NCBI RefSeq assembly: GCF_023055435.1 | Contig: NW_025963779.1 | Location: 70,556,001-70,620,000, forward strand | Direction: 5' to 3' | Source of the DNA: Haliotis rufescens | Lineage: Eukaryota | Length of the DNA stretch: 64,000 bases | In this document: one piece after another, positions 12,101-24,878 of the stretch | How the letters are laid out: every line of letters starts with the position of its first letter | How positions within the stretch are numbered: position 1 is the stretch's first letter | Translations under genes and position numbers: made by a program | Notes under the pieces: model-generated | What the model was told of the DNA's origin: nothing | Database searches by the model: none | What the model saw: the letters and a program-made list of their open reading frames with translations, nothing else

Positions 12101-15100
12101 CTGTTGCTCTTAGTGTTTCAGTACCTCTCATCGTCTTACTATACCTTGGTGCTGCCATAGTTGGCGGAGGTCGTGGCAGGCATGACAAGTTTATAAACTT
12201 ATAAAATTATAGGTTGAGGTCATGGCAGTATAAGTAACGCCACGGGATGTACTGGAGCTCACGCCTCACGTAGTGTTAAGCCACGTAGGATGAACTAAAC
12301 TTTGATATCTATTCCGAACCATTTGGTCATGATGTGTATATTTCGGCCCATTTGCTTATGATTTTGTAGTTACTCCATTGCGTCACGATGTGTACCTAGC
12401 TAAGCCTCAGTGTACTGTGTAATACTTCTTGTAGTGGTAAGTAACTATATGCAACTATATCTGATCTAATCTAGTTCATGCAATCAACCATTGTCTGTAT
12501 TATGGGCCTATGGCCTTCTTAATGAATAAACTGTCTGTCTGTATATGTAATCTAATATTTGCCTCAGTATCTAGACAATCAGTTATTGTAATAAAGTACT
12601 GTGCTCAGTTGTTATACTATTTAAGAATATTATAAAAGCTCTTGTTAATTAATCTTACAAAGAAGTTATATCCATTGATGAGTGCGGCGTAAGGGCTTTT
12701 CATTTGATGATCCCAGAATCCCCAGAATATGACGCCCTCCACTGCTGTATGACTGAAGTAGGTTCTGAGAGCCCAGTCGTACCAGTCCGCCCGGATATTC
12801 TCGTCATGGTGCACCAGGTCCATCTCGGTAATCCACAGAGGCAGTCCAACAGATCCCAGGTTGTCCAAACGTCTCTGAAATATAATGTTGCCCATAGTTT
12901 TATATCAGTACTTCAACCGTCAACTAGTATTTCTGCAGTAACATAAAGAGCAACATCAGGGTGATTGCTCAATCTCATTACTATGTACTGGTTTGTGTAC
13001 ATACAGCTTTTGATCGCATAACAGCATTTCCTTTCAGTAGCGGTCCTTGTGAAAGGTGGAAGTTATGTTTGCCATTAGACTGTTGAATGGGACTGACTAT
13101 TGACAATTAATTAAACATAAGGGAGGGAAGGCCTACTTTCAGAAGTGTGGGATCTGGAGGTGTGTAGTCTCTGAAGTGACTCTGAAGACCCAGGCCTCCC
13201 AGTCCAACATTAGCCTTTTTGAACTCTTTAGCCTGGGCAACGTAAGCCTGGAAATAAATATAACATATATAAGCAACAGCAAAATAAAACGTTAAATTCT
13301 CCAACTGCAGATTGTTGGTCGGCCAATTTTGTTGAGAATGGCGATAGTTGGTATTGCACGACTATATGGTAGATACTGAATATTTGCGTATTGGTGTTGT
13401 GGTTGTGGTGATTATTATGTGACATAAATCGCATAAATGATGTTCTGTGAACTGGTACATAGCAGGCCACCATCATAATGTGAAGTCTACGAAATGTATT
13501 ATCAACATACATCAGTGACGGCTCCAACAGCAACAACGTCGTAGTCATTGAGGAAGAGCTTGGGCACGGGATCAGCCTTGTGGACCATATCGTAGATCTT
13601 CTCCGAGTACAGGGCATCACCTGTTTTCTCTTCATATAACTGACCATGGAGAAGTTCGTTGTTCACGTCCCAGTGACCCAGTCTAACGCAAAATTTAAGA
13701 CATATACTTTCAAATATATTGTTTGAATCTTCTATGTTTGTCCATTTATCAAATATGAATAAACATGTGAGTATAATTGGAATTGTGTGTTGATTGTAAA
13801 TTACTATTTTACCATGACCATTCTAAACATGTCCATGGCGATAGATACAGTTCACTTACTGTCCCTTTGTGATGCCGGTCATATATTTGACTCTTTCTGC
13901 AATGGCTGCTTTCAACATTGTCCCGTTTAAGGCTTCTACCCAACTGGGAGAGTTACCTGGAACTCCCCAGAACATATTGTGTCCTCGAACTTTCATGCTG
14001 TAATATATGAACTGTTATAAATGTCCTAAAGAAATTATGTAATGCATTTGAATAATGGTGAAATAACAGTTTTATTTGTAGTTTTGAATTCCGTTAAATG
14101 CATCCAAAGTTAGTCTACATTGTAAGATACGTACCCATGTTGATTAAGCACCTTCACAGCATCTGTAGCAACTGTGTAGTCAGGTTTATCCTGCAAAGGA
14201 TGTTTGACAACAGTCATGTGTTTTTAGATATTTAGTCACATTGTGTTTTGCATTAATATTGTTTTTTTATGGAAGTTCTCCTTCTGGGAATTACTTTGCG
14301 TATTGTAAAATTTATAATTGCAAAAGTTTCGATTTTCCTTGATGAACACACAAATGAAGATATGAACAGTATATACCTTGGTACCTCTGTTGTACTTCCA
14401 CTTGAAGGATCCTGCTGTCACCCAGTTGAACATTGTATAGACGAAGTTTTGATACTCTTTGTAGCCGTCGTTTATCATATATTCCTCATTTATTACTGAC
14501 CCAAATCCAAACAGATGTCTTTTGTGGTCAATCTGTAAATCAGAGAAATTGACTTGTCTTAAAGTACGTATGTCACCACAGAAATTCATGGTCTCGGGAA
14601 TGTACAACTGAATTTTTCTCTTGTGGAATACAGTAAACTACGGTTATAACGAACTCAAAAGGACCACTAATTTTAGTTCGTTGTAGCCGTAGCTCGTTAT
14701 ATGTATATATACAGCATAACTACAACAAATAGTCGGGACAAAAACGTAAGTTCGTTATATCCGTCAGTTCGTTATAAGCGTGTTCGTTATAAACGTAGTT
14801 TACTGTATCTCATGCGCTTACGACCATAACAAGAGTCTCATAGGTACATACAAAGAAGCTGTATATTTATATTAAAAACATATGAAGTCCAAGTGTATTC
14901 TGCAGGGATGTCATTTCCTTTATCCATCATGAACAGAATTATAATATCTAACCTTAACTTCAATATCAGCAGGGTTGAATGAAGATGAATGTGTCACTCT
15001 GTAAAACACAATGATCCATATGTATTATAGACACATCATCGTTCATGGCACTAACGTGAAATAGAAGTTCTGAGAGAAATGTGTTATATTGAAGTGAGTA

Positions 15101-18100
15101 TGTATAGTTTTGGGCCGCTTTTTATCAATATTCGAGCAATATCACGGCGGGGGACGCCAGATATGGGCTTCACACATTCCACCCATGTTGTGAATCGAAC
15201 CCGAGTCTTCGGCGTGACGAGCGAACGCTTTAACCACTAGGCTACCCGACCGCCCTGTTATATTGTAACACACCGTATCAATTAAAGTCGTGTCTTAACA
15301 TACACACCATGTCAAAAATACTAATAGGATGCTGCCACTTGATTAGTCGTTACGTTTTGGAAAATATATATATTTCATATTTTTCTAACAACTGTCACTT
15401 CGTGAAAACACATCTTTTGCTTCAGGCCACTTGGTGAAATTGGCCTATTTATTTGGCAGTATGTATGTGATGAGTCTTGAGATTGTTGCAATTGTTTTAC
15501 ATTATACAGTTGTTCCGTTAAGAGAAGGAACCATTAATAGAGAACTGACATTTAAGTTTACCGTTTGGTAGAATTACCTTCAAAAGTCACACGACGTGCC
15601 TCCATGACTAAGGCGTTTTTCTTCGTTATAATGCGTTATCAAGTAAAATATACATTCAGTGAACAGGGTATGACAAAAGACCTATTACATGGATTATTAC
15701 AAACGTCCCGCCTGGTTCGTGTATGTCCGGAGCGAAACGTAGTACACATATAATAATTCATAAGCAATAGATGATAGAACGAAGGCAGCCCTACTGAACA
15801 TTGATGTTATTTTTCCTAATCTTCTGTATCCTCGCATCTGCCTCGGCCTTCCAGCTCATGTCCTCGTCCACCGTCTGGAGAGAAGCGTCGTCAACGATGA
15901 AGTCGATTCCTGGATCTGGGCCTTGGAAGTACAGGTTGGCCTTGCTGGTGTCTGGTGGTGTATGTGTAAATATACATATTCATGTACATGTAAACATCAA
16001 AATGGATAGCTTTACAAATGGTAAGATCTATGCATAAAGATTCAGAGTGACAAAACGCTCTCCACAAGACTGTATGACAAACAGGATGACTTCAACTTTC
16101 CAATGGTCAATAGTCCTTCCTTGCCTTTGGTGTCTATATTTCACAACTTTGTAGGTACAATCAAGCATGCTCTTTCTTCCAAGATTTCAAATAGCGTCAT
16201 ACAACTCTTGCTTGGAAGTTGTTTTATCAAGGTGACAACATTCCAGGCCTCAGTAAAGCTTTTCAAATTGTTTGTGGAGGATGTTTCTAAATTTGACGCA
16301 TCAGTGACAAAGATTATGTCGATGCAATTCCCTATTTTGACTTGTACCATATGTTCCCGTGTTTTTTTCAGGTGAACAATTGACTTGCCTTTGCATGTGG
16401 GTCAGGATACGCACACCTGGTATCATCACTGTTTGAAAGTGATTCATAAACTCATGCTCGTGATATAGTCGGATTCGTACAATGGACTCTGTTTTTTTGC
16501 AGAGATTTGTCGCTTATATTTATTCTTATAACAGTAACAGCACAAAATTAACTCAACCCTTTTTCAGAATGGACAGTTGTAGTTCCTTGTCTTCTCAACA
16601 TGAAATGAAGTAGTGTGAACAACCCTACACGGTTAATCCCACAAGGAGCATTTAGTTAAGCCTCTTCGACAAAGTGAAACCATTCATCGTATGAGATATT
16701 TCAAGTACCGTTTCAATACGTATATCTATATGCAAAAAACGGCACATCCCTTGAACTTACTGGATACATAATGTTCTGTCATAGTAGATATGTTGACATT
16801 GAAGAGGAGGGTAAATTTATTCGATGACGCTTATTATTTGTCGACATTTGCAACCGACAACATTTTCAGTGATCTCATAAAATCTCATTACAGTTTGATA
16901 GCGATCAAAATACGATAAAAACCAATCAAGAATGGTTTGATTAACCTGAAAATATGGAACTAGACACCAGATGATTCAGTCAGTACTGGACCTTATGTAT
17001 AGTGACTAAATACATTATTGCAGCCTCACCACCATACTGGTACCTCAAGAACGACCTCACACAATTGTACCCCTGTAGGCATTCAAAGAGGGCTCTTAGG
17101 TATGACGTGCTCATGTATAAACCACTAGGCTTCCCAACAGCCCCAACAATGAATAATGAATGTCACTGTTGAATACTTGAATTGACTGGGCTTACTTCTT
17201 AATGGAGCGGTGAAATCCCCGTCGAGGGTGAACCATCCATTGGCAGACTGGACAAATGGATGTTGAGCGATGTCGTAATAATCTGTTTTACCTGTGTATG
17301 ACAAAATTCATCATTGGGCTAGGAATGTCAGTATCGTGTCTCATAAAATCGTTCATATTTACAGAGTATAAATCATGTTTTTCGTAAAAATTCACAAAAT
17401 CCTTGTGATTTTCACTGAACCATAATATAATTGTCTTTCCCCATTCCTCCCGCCACCGCCCCTCTTTGTTTACTCTTTTCCCCTACCTACCCTACATTTT
17501 GAAGAAATTCCGCAAACTATTTGAAACTAGAATATTATTTTCGAAGTTTTTCAACCCACCGACCTGAATTTTAGGGCAAAACATTCGTAATCAAAAATAA
17601 GAAGAAAATGTCATCAGGATGAGTGATCGCAGCTTTGGATAGTATCTCATGTCATATCAAGGCATGTCAGCTTGATGTTGGAGGAAGCCCTAAGCCATGC
17701 CGATCTTTGACGTTTACTACTTTGGTGAAACCTTCCAGCACAGGTATGGTGCTGACGAACCCAGGAATATAATCAGGGCGAATCCGGCATTGGAGCCCAA
17801 GATGATATGTTTCCGGTATGGCTAAGAGGAACCAACTCTGCACAGCTAATTGCGGTACCTTAGACAAATGAGACACTCGTGTTAAAACAGTGAGAACAGA
17901 GACAGTTAAATCTTATTACAGTACACACCGTCATCAGCCCATGTATATGCAATGGTGATCTTGATGGTCTGGAACAACGTCCCTGTGTGATCATTCAGCT
18001 GTTTAACACTGGAAGTATAGGCATAGCGGCCACCAGGCTGTATGGGAACATCCTGCCCAGGGCCTTGGTAGGACTGTGTTCTGAAACGAAAATTACCAAT

Positions 18101-20906
18101 TTGCTATATGCTTTATATATGTGTGTTGATGTCGATGTTACACAACGATCCCAGCAGACATTACTTGCATATTTATGATCTTGAAAACTATTATAACTAT
18201 TTCGTACATAACAAGATAGTTTGGTTAACATTGCAGAACGTATGTACTATACTATACTGAACAGAACCACATCGACATACATGTACATCAAGCTGTGACC
18301 AGTTTAGGTAATTCCACTTCTAGAACAGCATGAAACAACTGGTGTAGTTTTCTATCAATACGATATACCACCAGATTATTAAATTAATGAAACCAACATC
18401 TATTAACTGATCATCTGTCCATATGTTTGTTAATGTAATGCTTATGCAGTGCCATGAAGAATCAGTTGAGAGTCCAGATCCTGTGTATCTTTACGTGGCT
18501 TTCGTTGGTATATTATACTTTTCATATTTTATCTTTGCGTTTTAAAACAATACACTGGTTCAGAGTCTTCAACATGAAAAGAGATTTTCATAATATTGAT
18601 ATGGTGACTTCAAACAATGATCACATTTCAGCACAACTGATTTGATTATTGATTTCATTGTGAACCATTTTAAGGCGGAAATAGAAAAGGGTACCTTTTC
18701 ACCTTTTTGTCTTTGCATATTAACATTTCTTTATGTACAGGTATATACATATACGCTTCATGGGGAACCGATATCGGCTCTCTGCATACCATGCATATCG
18801 AAATAATAATTAAAGCAACGAAATCCTTTCCATTTCCAATAGAAATGCCTGCTTAAAGCAGAGATTCCGACTATATCATGAACATGACGGTGTTTATGAA
18901 TGACTATCAAATAGTGATGATACACTGGTAGCACCCGTCACAAACACATGCAAAGGCAAGTCAATTGTTCACCTGCATAAACACGGGAACATATGGTACA
19001 AGTCAACATAGGTAATTGCATTGAACATCCTTTTTTGTCACTGATGCGTCAAATTTGAAAATGCGACCTACATGTCTACTATAAAACTTTTGTAACCTTG
19101 ATCAAACAACTGTTGAGCAAGAGATGTATGACGCTCTTTGTAATCTTGGTAGAAAAAGCATGTTCGATTGTATCTCAAACGTTGTGCAATGTAAACACCA
19201 AAGGCTGGAGCTGCTGTGATTTGGCTCGACATGAAGGGAACTTTTACTATTGGAAAGTTGAAGTCATCCCACTTGTCATGCAGTCTTCTTGTGCAGAGTG
19301 TTTTGCATCTCTGAATGTTTATTCATAGATCTAGATATGAAACATAACGTCTCTCAATAAGCAGATTGACAAAACAATATATTTCACGAACTTGCCATTC
19401 TTACTGATAAATTTACATGGCAAGGGTTTTGTCGTTTTTATTAACTATAAATATCTCTAATCTACGTAAAAATGGACGACATAGTTCAAATGTCGCCACA
19501 TTTATTCCACATATCAATTTTTTCCATTCCAGAAACTGAACCTTATGATAACAAAATCAAGACTATCTAGCCTTGACATATATGGCTATTGCCTTCCCCT
19601 TTCAAAATCATATACATTACATATTTAACTATGATATATGTCATAAGACTTTTTAATGTAAATTATCAGCAACCAGTGACCATACAATGTATTGTGGTAA
19701 TTTTGCTACACCGTGCCCGCTGTATATGTTGCGCTGTAATTGCGTAAATCACTACAAGCAAATGTTGTGCAACACAATGTTTGTTTTGAGGGATAGGGTG
19801 GGATAGGGTCCGGATTCCCTATTTGGAAATGTTGAAGTTGCAGTGAACATTTAAATTCTGGGATGAAAATTATCAAACATGTTTAAATGTATGACAACGA
19901 GCTTTTCTTTCTTACGCCCACTTGCAAGTTTTGGACAGCTAGCATGCTGAACTATATAACAATGTTTGATAGGCATTACTTACAAGTTGACGGATGACAA
20001 AGTGGAGATAACTTATGGATAACAAGGCTTGACGGTATAAGGATTTATACCAAAACGTCGCCTTTAAGTAAATAAAGAAGTTGTTATCCATACATTATCT
20101 CTACTTTATATAACAATGGCTAATATTAGTGAACTAAAAGAGAAAATAAGGTGCCGGTCATTCACCCAAGATGCGTGTTTTACTCCATTACGGTACAGTC
20201 ATTATCTACATCTGCTATGAATATCAGCTTCAAGAGTTGTTCCTATATCAACCTCTTAACACAGCCTTTTTGACACCTTTCAGTCTTACCTAATGAAGTC
20301 CTAAACATGAATGGGTGGAAATGAGCTAACTTTAGTTTCACAATGATTTGGACATTTTTTCATCATTTCTGAACTAAAGCATATCCCGTGGATCAATCAG
20401 GTTCCCTCTCATGTCCCTTGTCCTTTCTCAACATGAAATGAAATTGTGTGACCAATCCTGCTCGGGTAACCCACAAGGGACATTCAATGAAGCCTCTTCC
20501 CAAAAGTATTCATATAGTTATCCCCTTCAGAGAAGACTTCAAGGACTACTGGTAATTATTGCAGATATGGACATTAAAACAGGACATTTGGACCACTCTC
20601 AAATCGTATGGTTATAATATGTATTATATCCCATTAATTTGATCTTTAATACGTGTATGTATGTGATGAGATACACATATCATGTGACGTCCAGATAAAA
20701 CAGATTTCTTCTGTGTTAATTTACCTTCCGGATACTTTGACAGCATGAGTTCCTCCATGGACGTCATCAGTGATACTAACAAGTGTGAAGCCCCATCCTC
20801 CCCAGTTGCCCGACAGATCTGGACTCTCGAATCCTGGGTTTTTCAGCAACTCGAGTCCAAATGAACTCTGGACAATAAGTAGAGCTAGGACACTGCCTCG
20901 AACCAT
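6121..20906 (-). CDS. Secreted GH10 glycoside hydrolase (endo-xylanase/EGX-like), about 850 aa: signal peptide - CBM4/22-like - GH10 - beta-rich linker - three PCSK9-C-terminal-like Cys-rich modules
   Basis: 18 phase-consistent GT-AG exons: 20725-20906, 17929-18080, 17196-17291, 15795-15951, 14953-14998, 14377-14532, 14135-14190, 13860-13997, 13511-13682, 13137-13247, 12659-12874, 10984-11200, 10359-10588, 9346-9436, 8231-8359, 7587-7682, 7115-7294, 6121-6248. They total 2553 nt, open to TAG. GH10 motifs: VRGHNMFW, WDVNNE (acid/base), LFLNDY, GLGLQSHF, LWITEMD (nucleophile), VIFWGFWD. Confidence 0.93.
8568..8642 (-). pseudogene. Decayed duplicate (pseudo-exon) of the 5' half of GH10 exon 15
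   Basis: cagatggccctggacttctgtagatgcacttt...catcggcaacagctagaagacctg aligns to exon 15 at 8288-8361 (cagatggtcctgatcctctgtaggtacacttg...catcgtgcaacagcctggagacctg). The acceptor AG is kept but a 1-nt deletion shifts the frame. Confidence 0.7.
11603..11774 (-). mobile_element. tRNA-derived SINE family A
   Basis: A box (TAGCCTAGTGG), B box (GGTTCGA.TCC), (ACTC)n tail; TSD tgtttgtataatga. Confidence 0.9.
11890..12047 (+). mobile_element. SINE family A
   Basis: Same consensus, inverted relative to 11603-11774; TSD-like tcatt(g/a)gcaa. Confidence 0.85.
14631..14805. mobile_element. MITE (Tc1/pogo-type, TA target site)
   Basis: TA|CAGTAAACTACGGTTATAACGAAC ... GTTCGTTATAAACGTAGTTTACTG|TA terminal inverted repeats; internal GTTCGTTATA repeats. 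Confidence 0.85.
15093..15255 (-). mobile_element. SINE family A
   Basis: Same consensus; TSD tgttatattg. Confidence 0.88.
16050..16490 (+). mobile_element. Penelope-like (Naiad-type) 3' fragment
   Basis: TRLYDKQDDFNFPMVN...AFGVYISQLCRYNQACS RT C-terminal signature plus the shared 3' UTR. Confidence 0.72.
18865..19310 (-). mobile_element. Penelope-like (Naiad-type) 3' fragment
   Basis: Reverse-complement homolog of 16050-16490 (DDFNFPIV, AFGVYIAQRLRYNRTC). Confidence 0.7.
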
Positions 20907-20949
20907 GGCTGCAGTCCAACAAGTGTGACAAGCTGAACCTGCTTGAAAC

Positions 20950-20980
20950 GAATATATACACCTTTCTTATCTTATCTAAC
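20950..20980 (-). promoter_or_regulatory. Candidate core promoter of the GH10 gene (TATA-like + tandem GATA motifs)
   Basis: Minus strand reads AGATAAGATAAG...TGTATATATT about 45-70 nt upstream of the ATG; motif evidence only. Confidence 0.3.
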
Positions 20981-21789
20981 ACATTGGTCCCTTTACAAGA
21001 AATACTTACATATGTCTAATCCGATAAACAGCAGTAGGGGTTCGAGTATCTAAGGTGGAAAATAGTCTTGTGAGATCTTTGTGTTTGTAAATGTTTGGTG
21101 CTCTTTTTAAATGAATGGGCTATGAATTGTATTTTGGTATGGACAATGATATAACATGTCATAATACTTCAACAACCAAGTTTAGTTTTTAACCAAGACA
21201 AGAAAAAAAATCATAAGGTATCTCTTCAGGAATATACTGTACTGTTGATGTAAATTTTAAAAGGATTTTAAGGTAAGTGTATGACATGCACCATGGACAA
21301 ACTGACAGACCTTGTGTCATCACATATTTTCAGTCATCCATTTATCTACTTTTCGTTTACGTCCGATGTAAGATTTCAGTAGATAACCGAGATTGATTTA
21401 TCTTATGGCATTGACGTTTAATATTTAAATGTCATTTGTACTGCAATGCCTTGCAGGTTATCATTTAGATTCAGTCTGGGAATTTCATAAATGTTTAATC
21501 CAGACAAGGTAACAAAAATAAAGACAAATCACAGAAAAGCCAACCAAATATACCAGTATATAGTCAAAATGAACTGAACATTGAAGCTTAGTTTAGGGTT
21601 TGGAAGCCAAGGCTACCTACTGTTTATGTGTTTGAGTTGGGTTGTTGGGTAAGAGAAAAGGGGGCGTTCTCGATAGCCAAAATATTGTCTGTTAACAACT
21701 GTTAAACGGCAAAGCCATGTCACGACCAAATGAAGCACAGGGGAACAACGTCTTCGAAAGAATAAAAACAGGACAATCGCCAGGAGAAT

Positions 21790-22090
21790 ATTCACATGGC
21801 TACGTCTGTTGTGGTAAATGTGTACACCACCATCCTCTACAACAGCAGCAATCCCAGAATTGCGAAGGATATTTAACCAGGCAGTGAGGAACCGTGAGAC
21901 AGGTCTCAGGTGTTGTCTTCACACAGCAACACCGTCAACAGCTTCGTCAATGTACCAAGCACGCAGATTATGTATTGTATTGTATCACACTGCGGCCATA
22001 TCTCTACGAGAGGTCGGAAGATTGGTCGGGGGCAGGTAAACAATATAGGTGGTATTATGACACACTAGCAAAACAAATCATGTAGGAGAA
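21790..22090 (+). mobile_element. Highly decayed Tc1-like transposase fragment
   Basis: IPELRRIFNQAVRNR.ETGLR resembles the second HTH region of the Tc1 copy at 63171-63407. Confidence 0.45.
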
Positions 22091-22479
22091 CATGTCACAT
22101 TAACAGTACAACGCCCTTGTAAGAAAATCATCCAGCCGCACGTTGTTCACATTATGCACTATGTAAGCGTAATCTTTCAACGCCACAATGCAAGAAGCAT
22201 ACATCACGTGTAACAATAGCAGTCCAGCAGCACCACAATGTACAGGGCCTCCCGTTGCACCGTAAATCGCCAGAGCTAATCCAGTTGAACACCTACCTTT
22301 ATGGGACGAGTGGGATCGCCGAGTACGACACAAATAAGGAAACAGCAGCATATGTTCGAAATGCCGAGATGATTGACGTTCCCCAACGTGTGATGCATAC
22401 TTATTTCGTGCATTAGCACGCTAATGATACACGAGATACGGAGTTCCCATGACTTTGATCTTTTTCTTTTTTCATAGGA

Positions 22480-22860
22480 ACATTGGTAAAATCACCCATC
22501 GTTTAACAAATAAAGCAGCGTCAGCCTTGACTATTGAAACAGCTTACTGAGCGGTATCAAAGACGAATATGCAAAAACTTCGGCGACTGCAAAACACTGC
22601 AGCTCATACTGCTTCATGGTCACCTTAGTCAGCTCATGTATCTCCTTTGCTGAACTCTCTGCACTGGCTTTGAATAAATGTAAGAGTGGATGTTAAACTC
22701 ATGTTGATACAGCACCGAAATATCTCTCATATAGGATTGAGCTCAACAGCCTATCCAGGTCAACAACAACAGCTTGGTGTACCCACGTGGAAATTGAAAA
22801 CGTTTTGTTTCTTGTCATGCAAGGAGCATTAAAATGGGACTCTCTTCCGAGGGAACTGTA
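22480..22860 (+). mobile_element. L2/CR1-type LINE 3' fragment
   Basis: QKLRRLQNTAA...HVSPLLNSLHWL, typical of the end of L2-group ORF2. Confidence 0.55.
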
Positions 22861-23313
22861 GTAACCAAACTAAGTTTATATTAAGAGAAACATTCCATAT
22901 ATCTTGCTTTGTTTGAGGATGGAGTATATTATTTTAGTTATACCACGGCGTGGAAGTTTAACGTGAAGTCGTAATGAGGTCCTCATCCACGTCCGTGAAA
23001 CCTAGGAGCATAGTTTGATGGAGACACGCCAAGGCTGTACAGCTAGTGCAGCTTTTAATTTCAGCTGCCACGCTGAACCAGAATCAGTATGTCAGTGCAC
23101 ACTTCTCAGCAATTGGAGTTAAATATTCATACAGGGCACGTTTTGACACGTGACGAATTTATTATCTAGACGTGTTCACAATTAATTTACAACGAAGAAT
23201 TTTCGGTGAAATATGTTTGTGTCGCAGTGTTAGGCCTATCTTGTGACAGCTAATGGAATGGTAATGGTTGCTCAAAATGTGAACAGTGTCAATTATGTCG
23301 TGACAAGCAAATA

Positions 23314-23440
23314 TACTGAACAAAATTAGGTTGGGGATCAAGCATTTTTGGGGAAAATTATAAATGAATTGTGTTCTCAGTCTTAACTACAATAATATCT
23401 CTAAACATATTCACGATCCCTCACTTATTTCGTTCAGTTT
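23314..23440. mobile_element. Short Tc1-type MITE
   Basis: Imperfect inverted ends tactgaacaaaattagg...gatc and gatccctcacttatttcgttcagt. Confidence 0.4.
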
Positions 23441-23936
23441 ACTTGGTGTTTGTCCGTGATATTGTGCAGTAGCCTTCGATGATCGATCTCATGCAGGACT
23501 AATGTTTAAAATCGAGGGAGTATACTACTTACATTCACTTAGATACTTAGTTGTATCAAAGTAATGCACACATTTCGGCATTATAAATGTTAAGATCAAC
23601 AATAAAAAAACGAAGCATTCTGTCGTAGCATTCTGACAATATTATCGCCGCAGTCCTTGCAAATGAGGGTAGAGTAGCCTCCCTTTAGCCAAGCGGGCAG
23701 TCGCCGGAAATTTCCACCTCATTATTGTCAACCGAATCACCACTTTTTCGTAAATCCTGCTGCTCCAATATTGGTATAATTGTTTAACGATATATGCTAC
23801 AATTCTTTAAAAAAGGCAAACCATCTGCTGGCTCGTGTAAAACCAAATAGTCAACATAACACGACTCATCCTTCGCGATCCAATCAACAGTGTTCAATAT
23901 TATGAAACGACAATTTTCCTTTGAATGTCAATGTCA

Positions 23937-24569
23937 GTGTGTGTTATGTGTGTGAGTGTGCGTGCGTGTGTATGTTTGTAAGTGAGTGTGTGTATAGGGC
24001 TGNNNNNNNNNNNNNNNNNNNNNNNNNNNNNNNNNNNNNNNNNNNNNNNNNNNNNNNNNNNNNNNNNNNNNNNNNNNNNNNNNNNNNNNNNNNNNNNNNN
24101 NNNNNNNNNNNNNNNNNNNNNNNNNNNNNNNNNNNNNNNNNGTCTGTATGTTTGCTGGTGAGTGTGTGTATATGCTTGTGGGTGAGTGTGTGTGTGCGTG
24201 TGTATGTTTATGGGGGAGTGTGTGTGTGTATGTTTGTGAGTGTGTGTGTAGGGGTGTCTGAGGTGTGTGTGTATGTTTTTGAGTTAGTTTGTATGAATGC
24301 GTGTGGATGAGTGTGTATGTATGTTTGTGGATGAGTGAGTGTGTGTATGTTTGTTAGTGAGTATGTGTTTGTATGTGTATGTTTGCGAGTGAGTGTGTGT
24401 ATGTGTATGTTTGTTGNNNNNNNNNNNNNNNNNNNNNNNNNNNNNNNNNNNNNNNNNNNNNNNNNNNNNNNNNNNNNNNNNNNNNNNNNNNNNNNNNNNN
24501 NNNNNNNNNNNNNNNNNNNNNNNNNNNNNNNNNNNNNNNNNNNNNNNNNNNNNNNNNNNNNNNNNNNNN
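23937..24569. repeat. GT-rich low-complexity/microsatellite region with two N gaps (24003-24141, 24417-24569)
   Basis: Degenerate (GT)n/(GTAT)n around runs of N. Confidence 0.9.
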
Positions 24570-24878
24570 TGAGGTGTCTCATTAGGCAAAGGACAGACAT
24601 GGTCTTGATTTCAAACCTGAAATCGAAATAAGTATTATCGTTAATTAAACAAAGTAAACCCAAATGTTTTTGTCATATGCGAATTCCACCGCGAGAACTG
24701 TGAGGAGAATTTATCATATACAGGGAAATTAATTTTCTATAGAAGCATCTGACCCACAAACGCGAATTGTGAAAGCGAAAACTACATGTAATATGAGTCA
24801 TATCGGTTTATCCTTCAGTGATGAACCGAGAGCTCTTCATTTTGAAGCCAACAATATTTTTAAAACGCATATAGGGAA

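Noticed and set aside
12617-14607. Bacterial contamination or recent HGT explanation for the GH10 sequence
   Set aside because: The coding sequence is split by many canonical spliceosomal introns containing host repeats
23921-24663. ORFs rich in V/C or T/H, and X-containing ORFs (also 40411-40765, 43426-43653)
   Set aside because: Translation artefacts of microsatellites and N gaps
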